Shown: in pieces, positions 7,399 through 16,330 of the stretch
Layout: each line of letters opens with the position of its first letter
How positions within the stretch are numbered: position 1 is the stretch's first letter
Assembly: GCA_027460535.1 (NCBI GenBank)
Contig: JAPZAR010000025.1
Span: 73,322 to 105,321 of the forward strand
DNA length: 32,000 nt
Source: Candidatus Methanoperedens sp.
GTDB taxonomy: Archaea; Halobacteriota; Methanosarcinia; Methanosarcinales; Methanoperedenaceae
Direction: 5' to 3'
The notes under the pieces: model-generated
Seen by the model: the letters and a program-made list of their open reading frames with translations, nothing else
Told to the model about the DNA's origin: nothing
Databases searched by the model: none
Program-made: the position numbers and the translations under genes

Positions 7399-8757
7399 CT
7401 ATTTGGCTCTAATTTCTTCTTTTCTGATTTTTTCAACAATTTTTTTTCGAAGATCGATCAATCCTTTACTGAACTCAACCGGATACACCGAAGCAGACTC
7501 AAGTTTCCTGCAACTGTCAGGCAATCTCGAAAAGTTTTCGGCTGCGGTTAGCCTTATCTCCTCAAGCGAAGGCCTACTGCAGACGATTTTCCCTTTTCTG
7601 ACCGCCTGTTCCAGCAAAGGCTCCGCATTATCCACAGTTTCATCTTCCAGCGCTATAATATCTTTTAGAAATTTTCCCTTTTCAATGATGCGCCAGACAA
7701 GTTTTCTTCCGGGAAGCGTCGCCTTTACAGTCTCTTCAGAAAGTTTCATCTTGGGTATATGTTTCCCCTCCCGCATAACGTCAGATAGCTTGTATATACC
7801 GTCAAGAGCAGGGGTCGGGCGCCCTGTTATAAGTTCAGTACCTACACCGAACATATCGATACTTGCACCTTTCCTCATAAGCTCATCTATTTTCCATTCA
7901 TTAAGATCGCCGCTGGCTACTATCTTAACATAATCAAGACCAGAGTCATCAAGTATTCTGCGCACCTGTTTTGAGAGTTCTGCCAGATCCCCGCTGTCAA
8001 GCCTGACCCCCAGGAGCCTCTCTCCCCTCTCCTCAAGCTCCTTTCCTACGATCACTGCTTTTTTGGCGCCTTCTATGCTATTGTAGGTGTCAATCAACAG
8101 GAAGCACCGCTTCGGGAACGCTCTGGCATAGGCGCGGTAGGAATCTATCTCATGGTCGAAGCTCGTTACGAAGGAATGCGCCATGGTACCTGAAACAGGT
8201 ATACCCAGCTTCTTCCCGGCAAGCACATTGGACGTTGAGGAACATCCCCCTATGTAAGTGGCGCGTGTCGCCTCAAGATGCCCGTCGCCCTGGGCCCTGC
8301 GCAGTCCGAACTCCGCAATTGACCTGCCTCTTGCTGCATAGACCACTCGAGAGGCTTTGGTTGCGATGAGTGTCGAGAAGTTCATCTTGTTGAGTATGAA
8401 TGTCTCCACAAGCTGTGCTTCGATTATTGGGGCTGTCACCCGGATGATGGGTTCGAGAGGAAAAGCGATGCTCCCCTCCGGCATCGCAAGGATGTCCCCT
8501 CCAAACCTGAAATCCCGAATGTGTTCAAGAAATTCGTCATCAAAACCCTGGGTTCTTAAGTATTCGATGTCATCTTCCTCGAAACGCAGGTTCCCGATGT
8601 AGTCAAGAACATAGCTCAACCCTGCGGTAACAAGGTATGATCCAAAGGGTATTTTCCTTACAAAATAATCAAATGTGGCTTCGGGATTATGCCCGGACTT
8701 CCAGTATGCCTGCATCATGGTGAGCTGATACAGATCGGTCCGGAGTGCTTCGCTCAT
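7399..8757 (-). CDS. pncB: Nicotinate phosphoribosyltransferase
   Basis: 452 aa. The N-terminus LRTDLYQLTMMQAYW is characteristic of NAPRTase, and SGTMAHSF and GVRLDSGD are typical family motifs. Confidence 0.9.
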   Translation of the reverse strand: MSEALRTDLYQLTMMQAYWKSGHNPEATFDYFVRKIPFGSYLVTAGLSYVLDYIGNLRFEEDDIEYLRTQGFDDEFLEHIRDFRFGGDILAMPEGSIAFPLEPIIRVTAPIIEAQLVETFILNKMNFSTLIATKASRVVYAARGRSIAEFGLRRAQGDGHLEATRATYIGGCSSTSNVLAGKKLGIPVSGTMAHSFVTSFDHEIDSYRAYARAFPKRCFLLIDTYNSIEGAKKAVIVGKELEERGERLLGVRLDSGDLAELSKQVRRILDDSGLDYVKIVASGDLNEWKIDELMRKGASIDMFGVGTELITGRPTPALDGIYKLSDVMREGKHIPKMKLSEETVKATLPGRKLVWRIIEKGKFLKDIIALEDETVDNAEPLLEQAVRKGKIVCSRPSLEEIRLTAAENFSRLPDSCRKLESASVYPVEFSKGLIDLRKKIVEKIRKEEIRAK

Positions 8758-8834
8758 ATGTTTATTATTGAGACCGCTGTTAGATTAAAATTATCTGAAA
8801 TGCTCTTAGAAAATAATTAATAGATTGGAAGCTC

Positions 8835-9209
8835 TTGTTCAACCCAATGAAAGCAAAACTCAGAGGCCATCACCTTATATGCCTGAATTTTTTTAGAGGA
8901 GAGGGCTATTCAGAAGATTTTATCAAAAATATTTATTCGGTTATATCTAAAGAAAAAGTGGACATAGTAAAAGGACCGGATGAGGTTTGCGCCAGATGCC
9001 CGTATCTGAAGGATAATAAATGTTCAAGTGGAGAATATACCGATGAAAAAATCCTGCTACAGGATAAAGAAGCGTTACGGCTCCTCGGGTTCAGACCGGG
9101 CGAGACCGTTGACTGGAAGATAATTGAGGCCAGGCTACCAAAAATTATAGAAGAATGGAAGACTGAATTCTGCCAGGACTGCGGATATCTGAAAGTCTGT
9201 TTTGGCTAG
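8835..9209 (+). CDS. DUF1284-family Cys-rich protein
   Basis: The track start is TTG; the ATG at 8847 gives MKAKLRGHHLICLNFFRGEGY, the typical DUF1284 N-terminus. Cys clusters CARCPYLKDNKC and CQDCGYLKVC are present. Confidence 0.7.
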   Translation: MFNPMKAKLRGHHLICLNFFRGEGYSEDFIKNIYSVISKEKVDIVKGPDEVCARCPYLKDNKCSSGEYTDEKILLQDKEALRLLGFRPGETVDWKIIEARLPKIIEEWKTEFCQDCGYLKVCFG

Positions 9210-9796
9210 ACCGTTTGCTGTGAGAACATTAAATATCCTCCAAAACCAATTGCCCATAGTAATATGGGATATGCCATCATCCTCTCCATTCCCCCGGCAC
9301 CGAATCCGAGATAAATCTCAAATGCAAATAAAATAAGAGCTACCAGGCTCGTTATACCCATCAACACAGAGAAATAAGAGAACGGTGCTTTCGCCAGATT
9401 GATGGATAAGATCGTAGATAATCCTCCGAAAAGGAAAACTATCAGGGATACAACTAAATGAATCACTCCAGCAGTTTCAGGGAACAATCCGACTCCTATA
9501 GCCCCGATCCCGGTGAGAGCGAAAAATATTGAAACCATGGTGCTATGAAATTCACCCCAGATGAAATACGAACCCAGCAGGATAAGCAGTCCAAGGAGAG
9601 TTGCGGAGGTGTTAAAGATGATGGCAGAGGGTTGATGTACCGTACACGTCGTCCCGCTGCAGGTAGCCCCCAGGTCGCTTATGAAATTACTTGAAACACT
9701 ATATCCGGGATACAGGAATTCCGCCACCTGCATCGCCATGATAAACTGAACCGCACCTATGAAAAATAACATCCCCGCCGCATTTTTTTTGTCCAT
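9206..9796 (-). CDS. DUF998-like polytopic membrane protein
   Basis: The track ORF extends to 9904 and overlaps the upstream gene. The internal ATG at 9796 (MDKKNAAGMLFFIGAVQFIMAMQVAEFLYPGYSVSSNFISDLGA) fits DUF998 N-termini. About 6 hydrophobic helices follow. Confidence 0.65.
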   Translation of the reverse strand: MDKKNAAGMLFFIGAVQFIMAMQVAEFLYPGYSVSSNFISDLGATCSGTTCTVHQPSAIIFNTSATLLGLLILLGSYFIWGEFHSTMVSIFFALTGIGAIGVGLFPETAGVIHLVVSLIVFLFGGLSTILSINLAKAPFSYFSVLMGITSLVALILFAFEIYLGFGAGGMERMMAYPILLWAIGFGGYLMFSQQTV

Positions 9797-9833
9797 CTGA
9801 TTAACTAATCTGTCCGCCAGTATAAAGAATTTA

Positions 9834-10547
9834 TTAACGACATCGAGATGGATTTCGGATAAGGTGCACGGGTATTGCCCCGTTGTGCACTGCCGTTGCC
9901 ACAAGTGCCCCGCTCACTCCAATTTTTTCCAGAGACTCTATGTCGTGCATATCCCTGATCCCGCCTCCCACCAGAACATTGTGGTTTGATACTCCAACTA
10001 TCGTTTTCAAGAATTCTGTATCAATCCCAGCGCCTGTTCCAACCCTGCTTAGCTCCAGGATGATAATATCCTCTATTTCAACCCCATTTAACGATTTTAC
10101 AAGCTCCTCCGGATTCATGTCCATCTTCCTGTCTTTTGTCAAGACCATTCCATTTTTCATGTCTATGCTCACGTTAATCCTGCCTGTAGAACGTTTGCTT
10201 GCATTTTTGATCAGGTCATATGAAGCAGTCTCAGTTCCCATGATGACAATATCGGCAATCTCTGCACATTTTTCTACGTCATCCATATTTTCCACGCCAA
10301 TATCCACCATTGTCCTTGTTTTTTTGGATATTTCCTTTATCAGCCCAAAATTGTCCCCTTGATGCTGTAATCGGTCAAGGTCGGCGATATAGACCTCTTT
10401 CGGCGAAAGCGCAGATATTATATCACGTGGATTGGATGAATCGCATATCTTGCTGCCCTTTATCGGCTGATACTTGGCCCTCTCCCCCCTTACGGCGTGG
10501 ACTGCATTACCATTGAGTATGTCCAGCACGAAAATAATTCGAAACAT
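9834..10547 (-). CDS. HisA/HisF-family (beta/alpha)8-barrel protein
   Basis: 237 aa. VLDILNGNAVHAVRGER, ADLDRL and VGGGIRDMHDIE match the HisA/HisF phosphate-binding barrel family that is conserved as a stand-alone paralog in methanogen-type archaea. Confidence 0.75.
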   Translation of the reverse strand: MFRIIFVLDILNGNAVHAVRGERAKYQPIKGSKICDSSNPRDIISALSPKEVYIADLDRLQHQGDNFGLIKEISKKTRTMVDIGVENMDDVEKCAEIADIVIMGTETASYDLIKNASKRSTGRINVSIDMKNGMVLTKDRKMDMNPEELVKSLNGVEIEDIIILELSRVGTGAGIDTEFLKTIVGVSNHNVLVGGGIRDMHDIESLEKIGVSGALVATAVHNGAIPVHLIRNPSRCR

Positions 10548-10577
10548 TTCGTATCAATTCCCACATCCAATTTTCGA

Positions 10578-10832
10578 CTATCTATCATAGATATTTTTCC
10601 TGTACCCAACTTTTAAAATTAATATCCTAAGTATTTTGTTATCGATATCCATTATGACCCTATAATCACCCACTCGCAGCTTATAACCCGGATCTCCCAC
10701 AAGTTTAGTCACATAAGCTTCAGGTCTTACTCTAATCCTTTCCAATACTGCAATTATTCTTTCCTGGACATTTCTTTCCAGTTTCTTAAGCTGTCTGAGA
10801 GCTTTGTCCGAAAAGATGATCTCATAAGTCAT
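10578..10832 (-). CDS. RelE/ParE-family type II toxin
   Basis: 84 aa. The sequence (FSDKALRQLKKL..YKLRVGDYRVIMDIDNKILRILILKVGYRKNIY) is a classic RelE/StbE pattern. It has a 4-nt ATGA overlap with the upstream antitoxin. Confidence 0.85.
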   Translation of the reverse strand: MTYEIIFSDKALRQLKKLERNVQERIIAVLERIRVRPEAYVTKLVGDPGYKLRVGDYRVIMDIDNKILRILILKVGYRKNIYDR

Positions 10833-11047
10833 AGACCAAGCTCTTTCTTGACCTCAGCTAAGGAATGGAATTTGCCTTCTTTTATCTCGGCACGAGCAAG
10901 GGCTATTTCTTTTCTTGTCTCCTCACCAAGTTCCTGGGAATCCTCCACCAAATTCCAGATTACTTCCTCATAGGTCTCTTTGTCAGAGATCTTCCTCTTA
11001 ATTAACTCTTTTTGTAAGCCTTCACTTATCTGAATGGAAGTTGCCAT
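10829..11047 (-). CDS. Type II antitoxin (small acidic protein coupled to RelE)
   Basis: The track start is a GTG at 11056; the ATG at 11047 gives MATSIQISEGLQKELIKRK.. The protein is acidic and helical. It is overlapped by the toxin gene start. Confidence 0.7.
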   Translation of the reverse strand: MATSIQISEGLQKELIKRKISDKETYEEVIWNLVEDSQELGEETRKEIALARAEIKEGKFHSLAEVKKELGL

Positions 11048-11054
11048 TAATATC

Positions 11055-11080
11055 ACTATAATCTACTATAATCTATTATA
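11055..11080 (-). promoter_or_regulatory. Tandem 10-bp direct repeats / TATA-like sequence immediately upstream of the antitoxin
   Basis: The plus strand has ACTATAATCT twice in perfect tandem (11055-11064 and 11065-11074), followed by the partial copy ATTATA. The repeats start 8 nt upstream of the ATG at 11047. Confidence 0.3.
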
Positions 11081-11215
11081 GTATTAAGTTTTTTCTTCCC
11101 CGATACCCGTGCAGTGGACAGGTCTTACAGGGTAATCACTGACCAATACTGTCGCTGTGAAGCAGACCCATAACAAATTCGAAACATAAATGTATTAGTG
11201 CATCAATCTGATTCA

Positions 11216-11923
11216 ATGATTATGAAATTACTTGTAAGCCCGATCAACGTTGAAGAAGCAAACATCTGCAGACTCGGTGGAGCGGATATCATAGACGTGA
11301 AAAACCCCAGGGAAGGTTCCCTTGGTGCTAATTTCCCATGGATGATACGCGCTGTGAAAAAAGCCGCGGGCAAGGTGCCGGTGAGTGCAACAATTGGCGA
11401 TTTTAATTATAAACCCGGTACTGCATCACTGGCAGCGCTGGGGGCAGCAGTGGCGGGGGCAGAATACATCAAAGTGGGATTGTATGATATCCAGACAAAG
11501 GAGCAGGCTCTGGACATGCTGACCAATATTGTTCGCTCGGTTAAGGACTTTGATAAGAATAAGAAAGTGGTGGCATCCGGTTATTCAGATTTCAAGCGGA
11601 TCAATTCTATCTCGCCTTTTGAACTACCTGCAGTTGGGGCAAAGGCTGGTGTGGATGTAGTAATGATGGATACGGGCATCAAAGATGGACGCTCAACCTT
11701 CGAATTCCTCCAGGAACAAGAGCTTACTGAATTCGTTAAGAGCGCGCAAAAGCACGGACTTCAAACAGCCATTGCAGGAACGATCACGTTTGTGGACATC
11801 CCGGCGTTAAAACGCATTTCACCAGACATCATTGGAGTAAGGGGCTGCGTGTGCGGAGGGGACCGTAATTCAGCCATCCAGAAGGAACTTGTGGAACGAT
11901 TGAAAACTGAGATTCAAGAGTAA
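11216..11923 (+). CDS. mfnB: (5-formylfuran-3-yl)methyl phosphate synthase (methanofuran biosynthesis, MJ1099 family)
   Basis: MIMKLLVSPINVEEANICRLGGADIIDVKNPREGSLGANFPW matches the MfnB/DUF556 family N-terminus. The track start (GTG at 11198) is probably too far upstream. Confidence 0.8.
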   Translation: MIMKLLVSPINVEEANICRLGGADIIDVKNPREGSLGANFPWMIRAVKKAAGKVPVSATIGDFNYKPGTASLAALGAAVAGAEYIKVGLYDIQTKEQALDMLTNIVRSVKDFDKNKKVVASGYSDFKRINSISPFELPAVGAKAGVDVVMMDTGIKDGRSTFEFLQEQELTEFVKSAQKHGLQTAIAGTITFVDIPALKRISPDIIGVRGCVCGGDRNSAIQKELVERLKTEIQE

Positions 11924-11936
11924 TAAAACCGCATAC

Positions 11937-13097
11937 TCAATTATATTCCTTTATCACTTTATAATTTGTAGTCCTTTCCACCGGTATCCTGCCTGCATTC
12001 TTGATCAAATGTATAAGCCTCTCTTTAGGCATATACTCCGGCGATACGCTCCCTGCAGCATGTGTTATGCGCTCTTCCATTACGGTACCGTCGATATCAT
12101 TCGCACCGTAATGCAGCGCGATTTGAGCTATCTTCTCCCCAGCCATCACCCAATAGGTTTTGATGTTATTGACATAACCGTTCAACAAAAGCCGCGAGAC
12201 TGCGATTGTCTTCAAGTCGTCAAACCCTGTGGGACTGAACTTAACAATACCTCTCTTTTGAAGGTCGGTATTATCAGGGTGGAATCTTAAAGGTATGAAT
12301 GCCTGGAATCCCCGGGTCTTTTTCTGAAGTTCTCTTATCCTCAGAATATGGTCCACAATATCTTCTGGTGTTTCGATGTGACCATAGAGCATAGTGGCAT
12401 TGCTCCTTACGCCCAATTCATGTGCTTTCTCCATGACCTCAAGCCACCTTTCACCGCTAACCTTGTGAGGACAGACCTTTTGTCTCGTCTTTTCATTGAA
12501 TATCTCTCCTCCGCCTCCAGGGAGACTGGTGAGCCCTGCGTTTTTCAGGCGCAAGAGCACCTCGCTTGCGCTCATTCCAGTCGTTTCAGCAAGATACCCT
12601 ATCTCCACTGCGGTGTAAGCCTTCAATGACATATCAGGATATTTTTCATGGAGCCTGGCAAGCACTTCTTCATAGTATTCGAAAGGTAGTTTCGGGTTGA
12701 GAGAACCCACGATGTGCAATTCAGTGGCGCCCATTTGTGAGGCTTTTTCAGCTTTTTCCATTATCTCATCTATGCTGAGAGTAAAAGCGCCCTTCTGTCC
12801 CTCTTCCCTGAAATATGCGCAAAAACTGCATTTTGAGATGCAGATATTGGTGTAGTTTATGTGACAGTTAGTTACGAACATGACATTGTCACCAACAGTT
12901 TTTCTGCGCACGTGATCTGCAAGTGACCCGATAAGTGAGAGGTTCCTTGACTCCAGAAGACTCATGCCATCCCCGAAATCAAGTTCTTCCGAAGCCTGTA
13001 TTTTTTCTATTATTGAAGAGAGGTCTTCCATCGGATTGTTCTTATACGCAGATAGTAAATAAGGGCATCGTTCAGCGTTGCTTCTTGAGTTCATCAA
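11937..13097 (-). CDS. Radical SAM enzyme of the MqnC/MqnE/CofH family (futalosine-pathway type)
   Basis: It has the CxxxCxxC-type cluster motif NYTNICISKCSFCAY, plus PGGGGEIF, ATMLYGHIE and GFQAFIPLRF. The likely real start is the ATG at 13031 (MEDLSSIIEKI..), which removes the overlap with the upstream gene. Confidence 0.75.
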   Translation of the reverse strand: MMNSRSNAERCPYLLSAYKNNPMEDLSSIIEKIQASEELDFGDGMSLLESRNLSLIGSLADHVRRKTVGDNVMFVTNCHINYTNICISKCSFCAYFREEGQKGAFTLSIDEIMEKAEKASQMGATELHIVGSLNPKLPFEYYEEVLARLHEKYPDMSLKAYTAVEIGYLAETTGMSASEVLLRLKNAGLTSLPGGGGEIFNEKTRQKVCPHKVSGERWLEVMEKAHELGVRSNATMLYGHIETPEDIVDHILRIRELQKKTRGFQAFIPLRFHPDNTDLQKRGIVKFSPTGFDDLKTIAVSRLLLNGYVNNIKTYWVMAGEKIAQIALHYGANDIDGTVMEERITHAAGSVSPEYMPKERLIHLIKNAGRIPVERTTNYKVIKEYN

Positions 13098-13905
13098 ATT
13101 CTCTTTTCAAAAGCAATGCATCCTTCTCCAGATTCGGGCTCTCGCATATCACCATCCCCTTGATATCAAGATCAATAAAAGCCTGTGCAAGCTCTTTATA
13201 TTTGAAATCGGATTCTGCAAATTCGAGGTGCCTTTTCTCCCCTTTATCCGAATATTCGATCCCGGAGACGTGGATATGTATATTATCAAGCCCATCACGT
13301 CCAAGTTTATCTTCAACGCGCCCCAGGATGGATGCAAACTCCCCCCTTGAATTATTTTTCCCCGTTACGGCATGCAGGTGGGAGAAATCAATGCAAGGCA
13401 GAACTCCTTCTACTTCGGTTATGTCAAGAACTTCATCCAGGCTTCCGAACTTCGAGTTCCTTCCCATAGTCTCGATACGCAGCGTTATGTTCACACCTTC
13501 GCTTTTTAGGCGCTCCAGAATCTCGATCAACTGCTTTCTTATTTTTTGATACACGTCCTTACGCGATGCTCCCTGGCCAAAACCAGCATGGATTATAACG
13601 CTTCTGGCGCCACAGATATTTCCAATTCTTGCTGAATTCAGGATTCTTTCTCTACTCTTGATGAGTGTTTCACCATCGCCATTGAGGTTTATATAATAGG
13701 GAGCATGCACACTCAATTTTATATCAAGTCGTTTTGCTATTTCGTTCACTTTGTGTGCAGTCTCTTCTCCCATCTTGACGCCGCGAACAAACTCAAGCTC
13801 CATGCAGCCAAGACCGAGTTCATGAACCCGTTCGATGCCGGAGATACTATCGTTGCCTTTTGAGCTGATCGGTGTGCCTGCTGTGCCAAAGAGCAAGCCT
13901 TCCAT
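13072..13905 (-). CDS. nfo: Endonuclease IV-family TIM-barrel protein (AP endonuclease)
   Basis: 277 aa. The ordered motifs SVHAPYYINL, IIHAG, RIETM, DFSHLH, HIHVS and ICES correspond to the Endo IV metal-ligand series. Confidence 0.75.
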   Translation of the reverse strand: MEGLLFGTAGTPISSKGNDSISGIERVHELGLGCMELEFVRGVKMGEETAHKVNEIAKRLDIKLSVHAPYYINLNGDGETLIKSRERILNSARIGNICGARSVIIHAGFGQGASRKDVYQKIRKQLIEILERLKSEGVNITLRIETMGRNSKFGSLDEVLDITEVEGVLPCIDFSHLHAVTGKNNSRGEFASILGRVEDKLGRDGLDNIHIHVSGIEYSDKGEKRHLEFAESDFKYKELAQAFIDLDIKGMVICESPNLEKDALLLKREFDELKKQR

Positions 13906-14421
13906 TCAACCCTCTATCGTTGGAGGGGAGTAACCATACCACGAGCCCTCCTGATTGAGGTAATACAGAGCATCTTCGAGCGTTCTCTTATGTTCTTCCT
14001 CAAAATGTACCAGTTTCAAAAACAGGTCCTTACTTGATTCAATCTCCGTTCTCTGAGCGCTGTTTGAATATAATTCAATAGATCTCTTTTCTGTCCTGAT
14101 CCCCAGCTCGAGGACATCCTTTGTCTCTGCTATACCTAAAGGCTCGAGGGATTCTGGAAATATGCGGCGAGCTTTTTCCCTGTTCTCTTTGTCCAAAACC
14201 TTGATATCGATGGATGCTCCTGAGATTTTCTTGTATTCTTTCTCAAGCAATTCCCTGTGTTCCCCTTCATCCCGTGCCAGTCCCCTGAAAATCCCCTTTG
14301 CGCTATCACCTTCAACGAGTTCGCTAAATATCGAATAGTACTCTTTCCCAAAGACCTCGATCGATATCGACTCTTTTAAAATTTCAAGAAGTATCCTCTT
14401 TTGATCGTTCGTAGTATTCAC
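13906..14421 (-). CDS. Rubrerythrin/ferritin-like di-iron domain protein
   Basis: Two ExxH-type helices are present (ARDEGEHRELLEKEY and HFEEEHKRTLEDALYY). The track ORF runs to 14625 and overlaps the divergent CBS gene. The GTG at 14421 gives 171 aa and leaves a 96-bp divergent intergenic region. Confidence 0.65.
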   Translation of the reverse strand: MNTTNDQKRILLEILKESISIEVFGKEYYSIFSELVEGDSAKGIFRGLARDEGEHRELLEKEYKKISGASIDIKVLDKENREKARRIFPESLEPLGIAETKDVLELGIRTEKRSIELYSNSAQRTEIESSKDLFLKLVHFEEEHKRTLEDALYYLNQEGSWYGYSPPTIEG

Positions 14422-14517
14422 CCAATAGAGGTTGATTTCAATAGATAATAAAGTTTGGTATGCGACATGTTTAATGGGGGCAAAACCATTTACGTTAGAT
14501 AGCCAATAGATGCCACC

Positions 14518-15333
14518 ATGACAGACCATCCAAAAGTCAAGGACTATATGACACAGGAAGTGGACACCGTTTCTCCTGAAAATACGGTCAAGGATGTCAT
14601 AAATCTTATAAGAAGGACGGGCCATGATGGTTTTCCGGTCGTTGAGGATAACAGGGTCACCGGATATGTATCTGCTGCAGGATTGCTGGAAAAAGGGCTC
14701 GGTGAGAAGATCGCCAACGTTATGAGCCGGGATATACTTGCGGCAGATACCGAGATGGATATGAGCGATGTAGCAAGGGTGATATTCAGGTCAGGAAAAT
14801 CCAAATTACCTGTGGTGGATCAAGGCGGGCATCTGCGGGGTATAATCACAAATTCCGATGTGATACGCTCACACATTGAAAGAACAAGCCCGCAAAAGGT
14901 ATGGACGCTCAAGAAGACCCTTGAAGCCATCCATAATATCCATGTTGACGTCGTTCGCGAGACTGTCAATATAGATGAACTTGTGCCAACGCAACCTAAG
15001 GTTTATGCAGATGAACTCGACGGGAGGATATACGAATTGAAAAAAGGGTTGGCTGAGCCCATAGTTGTAATAAAAAAATCCAACAAACTCATACTTGTTG
15101 ATGGTCATCATAGGGTGATAGCGGCAAAGAAACTTGGCATAAAAAGCATGGACGCTTATGTCATTCCGCTGGGTGATAATGTGCAACTGGGGATGGAAAA
15201 AACCGCCGCATCCGCAGGGCTCCATACCCTTTCGGATGTCAAGATACTCGATTATGCAAAGCATCCATTGATCGAGATTACAAAAAGATTAAAAAAGAAT
15301 GATGAGAATGGTTTGACCGATATAGCTCAATAA
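14518..15333 (+). CDS. CBS-pair domain fused to a ParB/sulfiredoxin-like domain
   Basis: The N-terminal half has two CBS repeats (MTQEVDTVSPENTVKDVINLI.. and MSRDILAADTEMDMSDVARV..). The C-terminal half has ELVPTQ...LILVDGHHRVIAAKKLG, the ParB-like (DGHHR) signature. Confidence 0.75.
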   Translation: MTDHPKVKDYMTQEVDTVSPENTVKDVINLIRRTGHDGFPVVEDNRVTGYVSAAGLLEKGLGEKIANVMSRDILAADTEMDMSDVARVIFRSGKSKLPVVDQGGHLRGIITNSDVIRSHIERTSPQKVWTLKKTLEAIHNIHVDVVRETVNIDELVPTQPKVYADELDGRIYELKKGLAEPIVVIKKSNKLILVDGHHRVIAAKKLGIKSMDAYVIPLGDNVQLGMEKTAASAGLHTLSDVKILDYAKHPLIEITKRLKKNDENGLTDIAQ

Positions 15334-16202
15334 GCAGAGAGTCGATCCAGGATATCCGTTTTTGAAATAAGCCCTACGAATTCCCCGTTGACCTTTACCA
15401 GAAGACGTCCCACTTTCTCTTTATTGAAGACTTTTACAACCTCATAAAGTGGGGTTTCACCATCTACGGATATTATTTTCTTCGTCATTATATCCTTTAT
15501 CTTAAGGCTGGTTCTTCCTTCAGCAAGTGTTTTCCCGATATCTGTGAGGGTGACTATACCTACGATGACATTCTTGTCCCTTACAGGCGCACCATGGATC
15601 TTATTCTCAACAAGTATCCTCGAGGCTTCCTGAATTGTCGCTATCGACGGGATCGTGATAGGTTGTTCATTAATATAATGTTTGACAGGTTTCTTGGGAA
15701 GGGAAATCATTTCCTGTATAACGAACAATACGGTATTCTGCGTATCATCCCTTCCAATCACTTCTCCACGGATCACCAACTTATTGACAGGTGTGGGGCC
15801 TATTGTTATTGCGTCTCCTATATCGATCTTTTTAATGTCCCCGATAACATGCACTGTGGCATTGCACAGGTCGGGATGTCTTACCGTTGTAAAACTGATC
15901 TCCGCAGCAGTTGCATTAGGAATAACTTCTTCATTGCGTTTTATAGGTACTACTGTTTCCTTTTCAAGTTCATACAAGCAGAGGGCACGATAGGTTTCTC
16001 CCGTGGCTTTATATCCTCCCTTCGGTCCGGGTACCCCTTCCACCAACCCAAGTGCTTTGAGCGACTGCATTTGATTCCTGACCGTTCCCGGGTTCCTGTT
16101 TATTATTTCAGCGATATCTTCCCCTTTAATGGCCTGTTTCCTTTCCCTATATAAACTGATCAGGGCCGTTAGAATTTCTTTCTGAATGGGCGTAAGTTCC
16201 AT
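15327..16202 (-). CDS. Transcriptional regulator: N-terminal winged HTH, C-terminal CBS pair (COG2524-like)
   Basis: MELTPIQKEILTALISLYRE..GEDIAEIINRNPGTVRNQMQSLKALGLVEGVPGPKGGY is the HTH part. The C-terminal CBS repeats include IMTKKIISVDGETPLYEVVKVF. It converges on the CBS-ParB gene with a 7-nt overlap. Confidence 0.7.
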   Translation of the reverse strand: MELTPIQKEILTALISLYRERKQAIKGEDIAEIINRNPGTVRNQMQSLKALGLVEGVPGPKGGYKATGETYRALCLYELEKETVVPIKRNEEVIPNATAAEISFTTVRHPDLCNATVHVIGDIKKIDIGDAITIGPTPVNKLVIRGEVIGRDDTQNTVLFVIQEMISLPKKPVKHYINEQPITIPSIATIQEASRILVENKIHGAPVRDKNVIVGIVTLTDIGKTLAEGRTSLKIKDIMTKKIISVDGETPLYEVVKVFNKEKVGRLLVKVNGEFVGLISKTDILDRLSAY

Positions 16203-16330
16203 AAAGTCTCCTTAATTGTTATTATTATCAGTTATGTATGTAATCTATAATACTTATATATGTATTTATTGACGCTGAGTCATTCATTTTACAATAAAAA
16301 ATATATTTTTATATATTTAAATTCTGTTTT

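Noticed and set aside
7343-7933. Long antisense ORFs inside well-supported genes. Examples: 7343-7933 (+) opposite pncB; 12935-13549 (+) opposite the radical SAM / endonuclease IV genes; 15594-16154 (+) opposite the HTH-CBS gene; 16260-16736 (+) and 16815-17210 (+) opposite HPS-RraA; 18350-18802 (-) opposite ccmA/B; 20780-21316 (-) opposite the GTPase.
   Set aside because: Each lies entirely within a gene on the other strand that has clear family motifs. Their translations are low-complexity (Ser/Leu/Pro/Arg-rich) with no recognisable motifs. These are typical shadow ORFs.
9797-9904. N-terminal extension of the DUF998 ORF. The similar extensions of the rubrerythrin-like ORF (14422-14625) and the radical SAM ORF (13032-13097) are treated the same way.
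   Set aside because: The extensions overlap neighbouring genes and lack family-like sequence. Internal ATG or GTG starts give N-termini that match the families and remove the overlaps.
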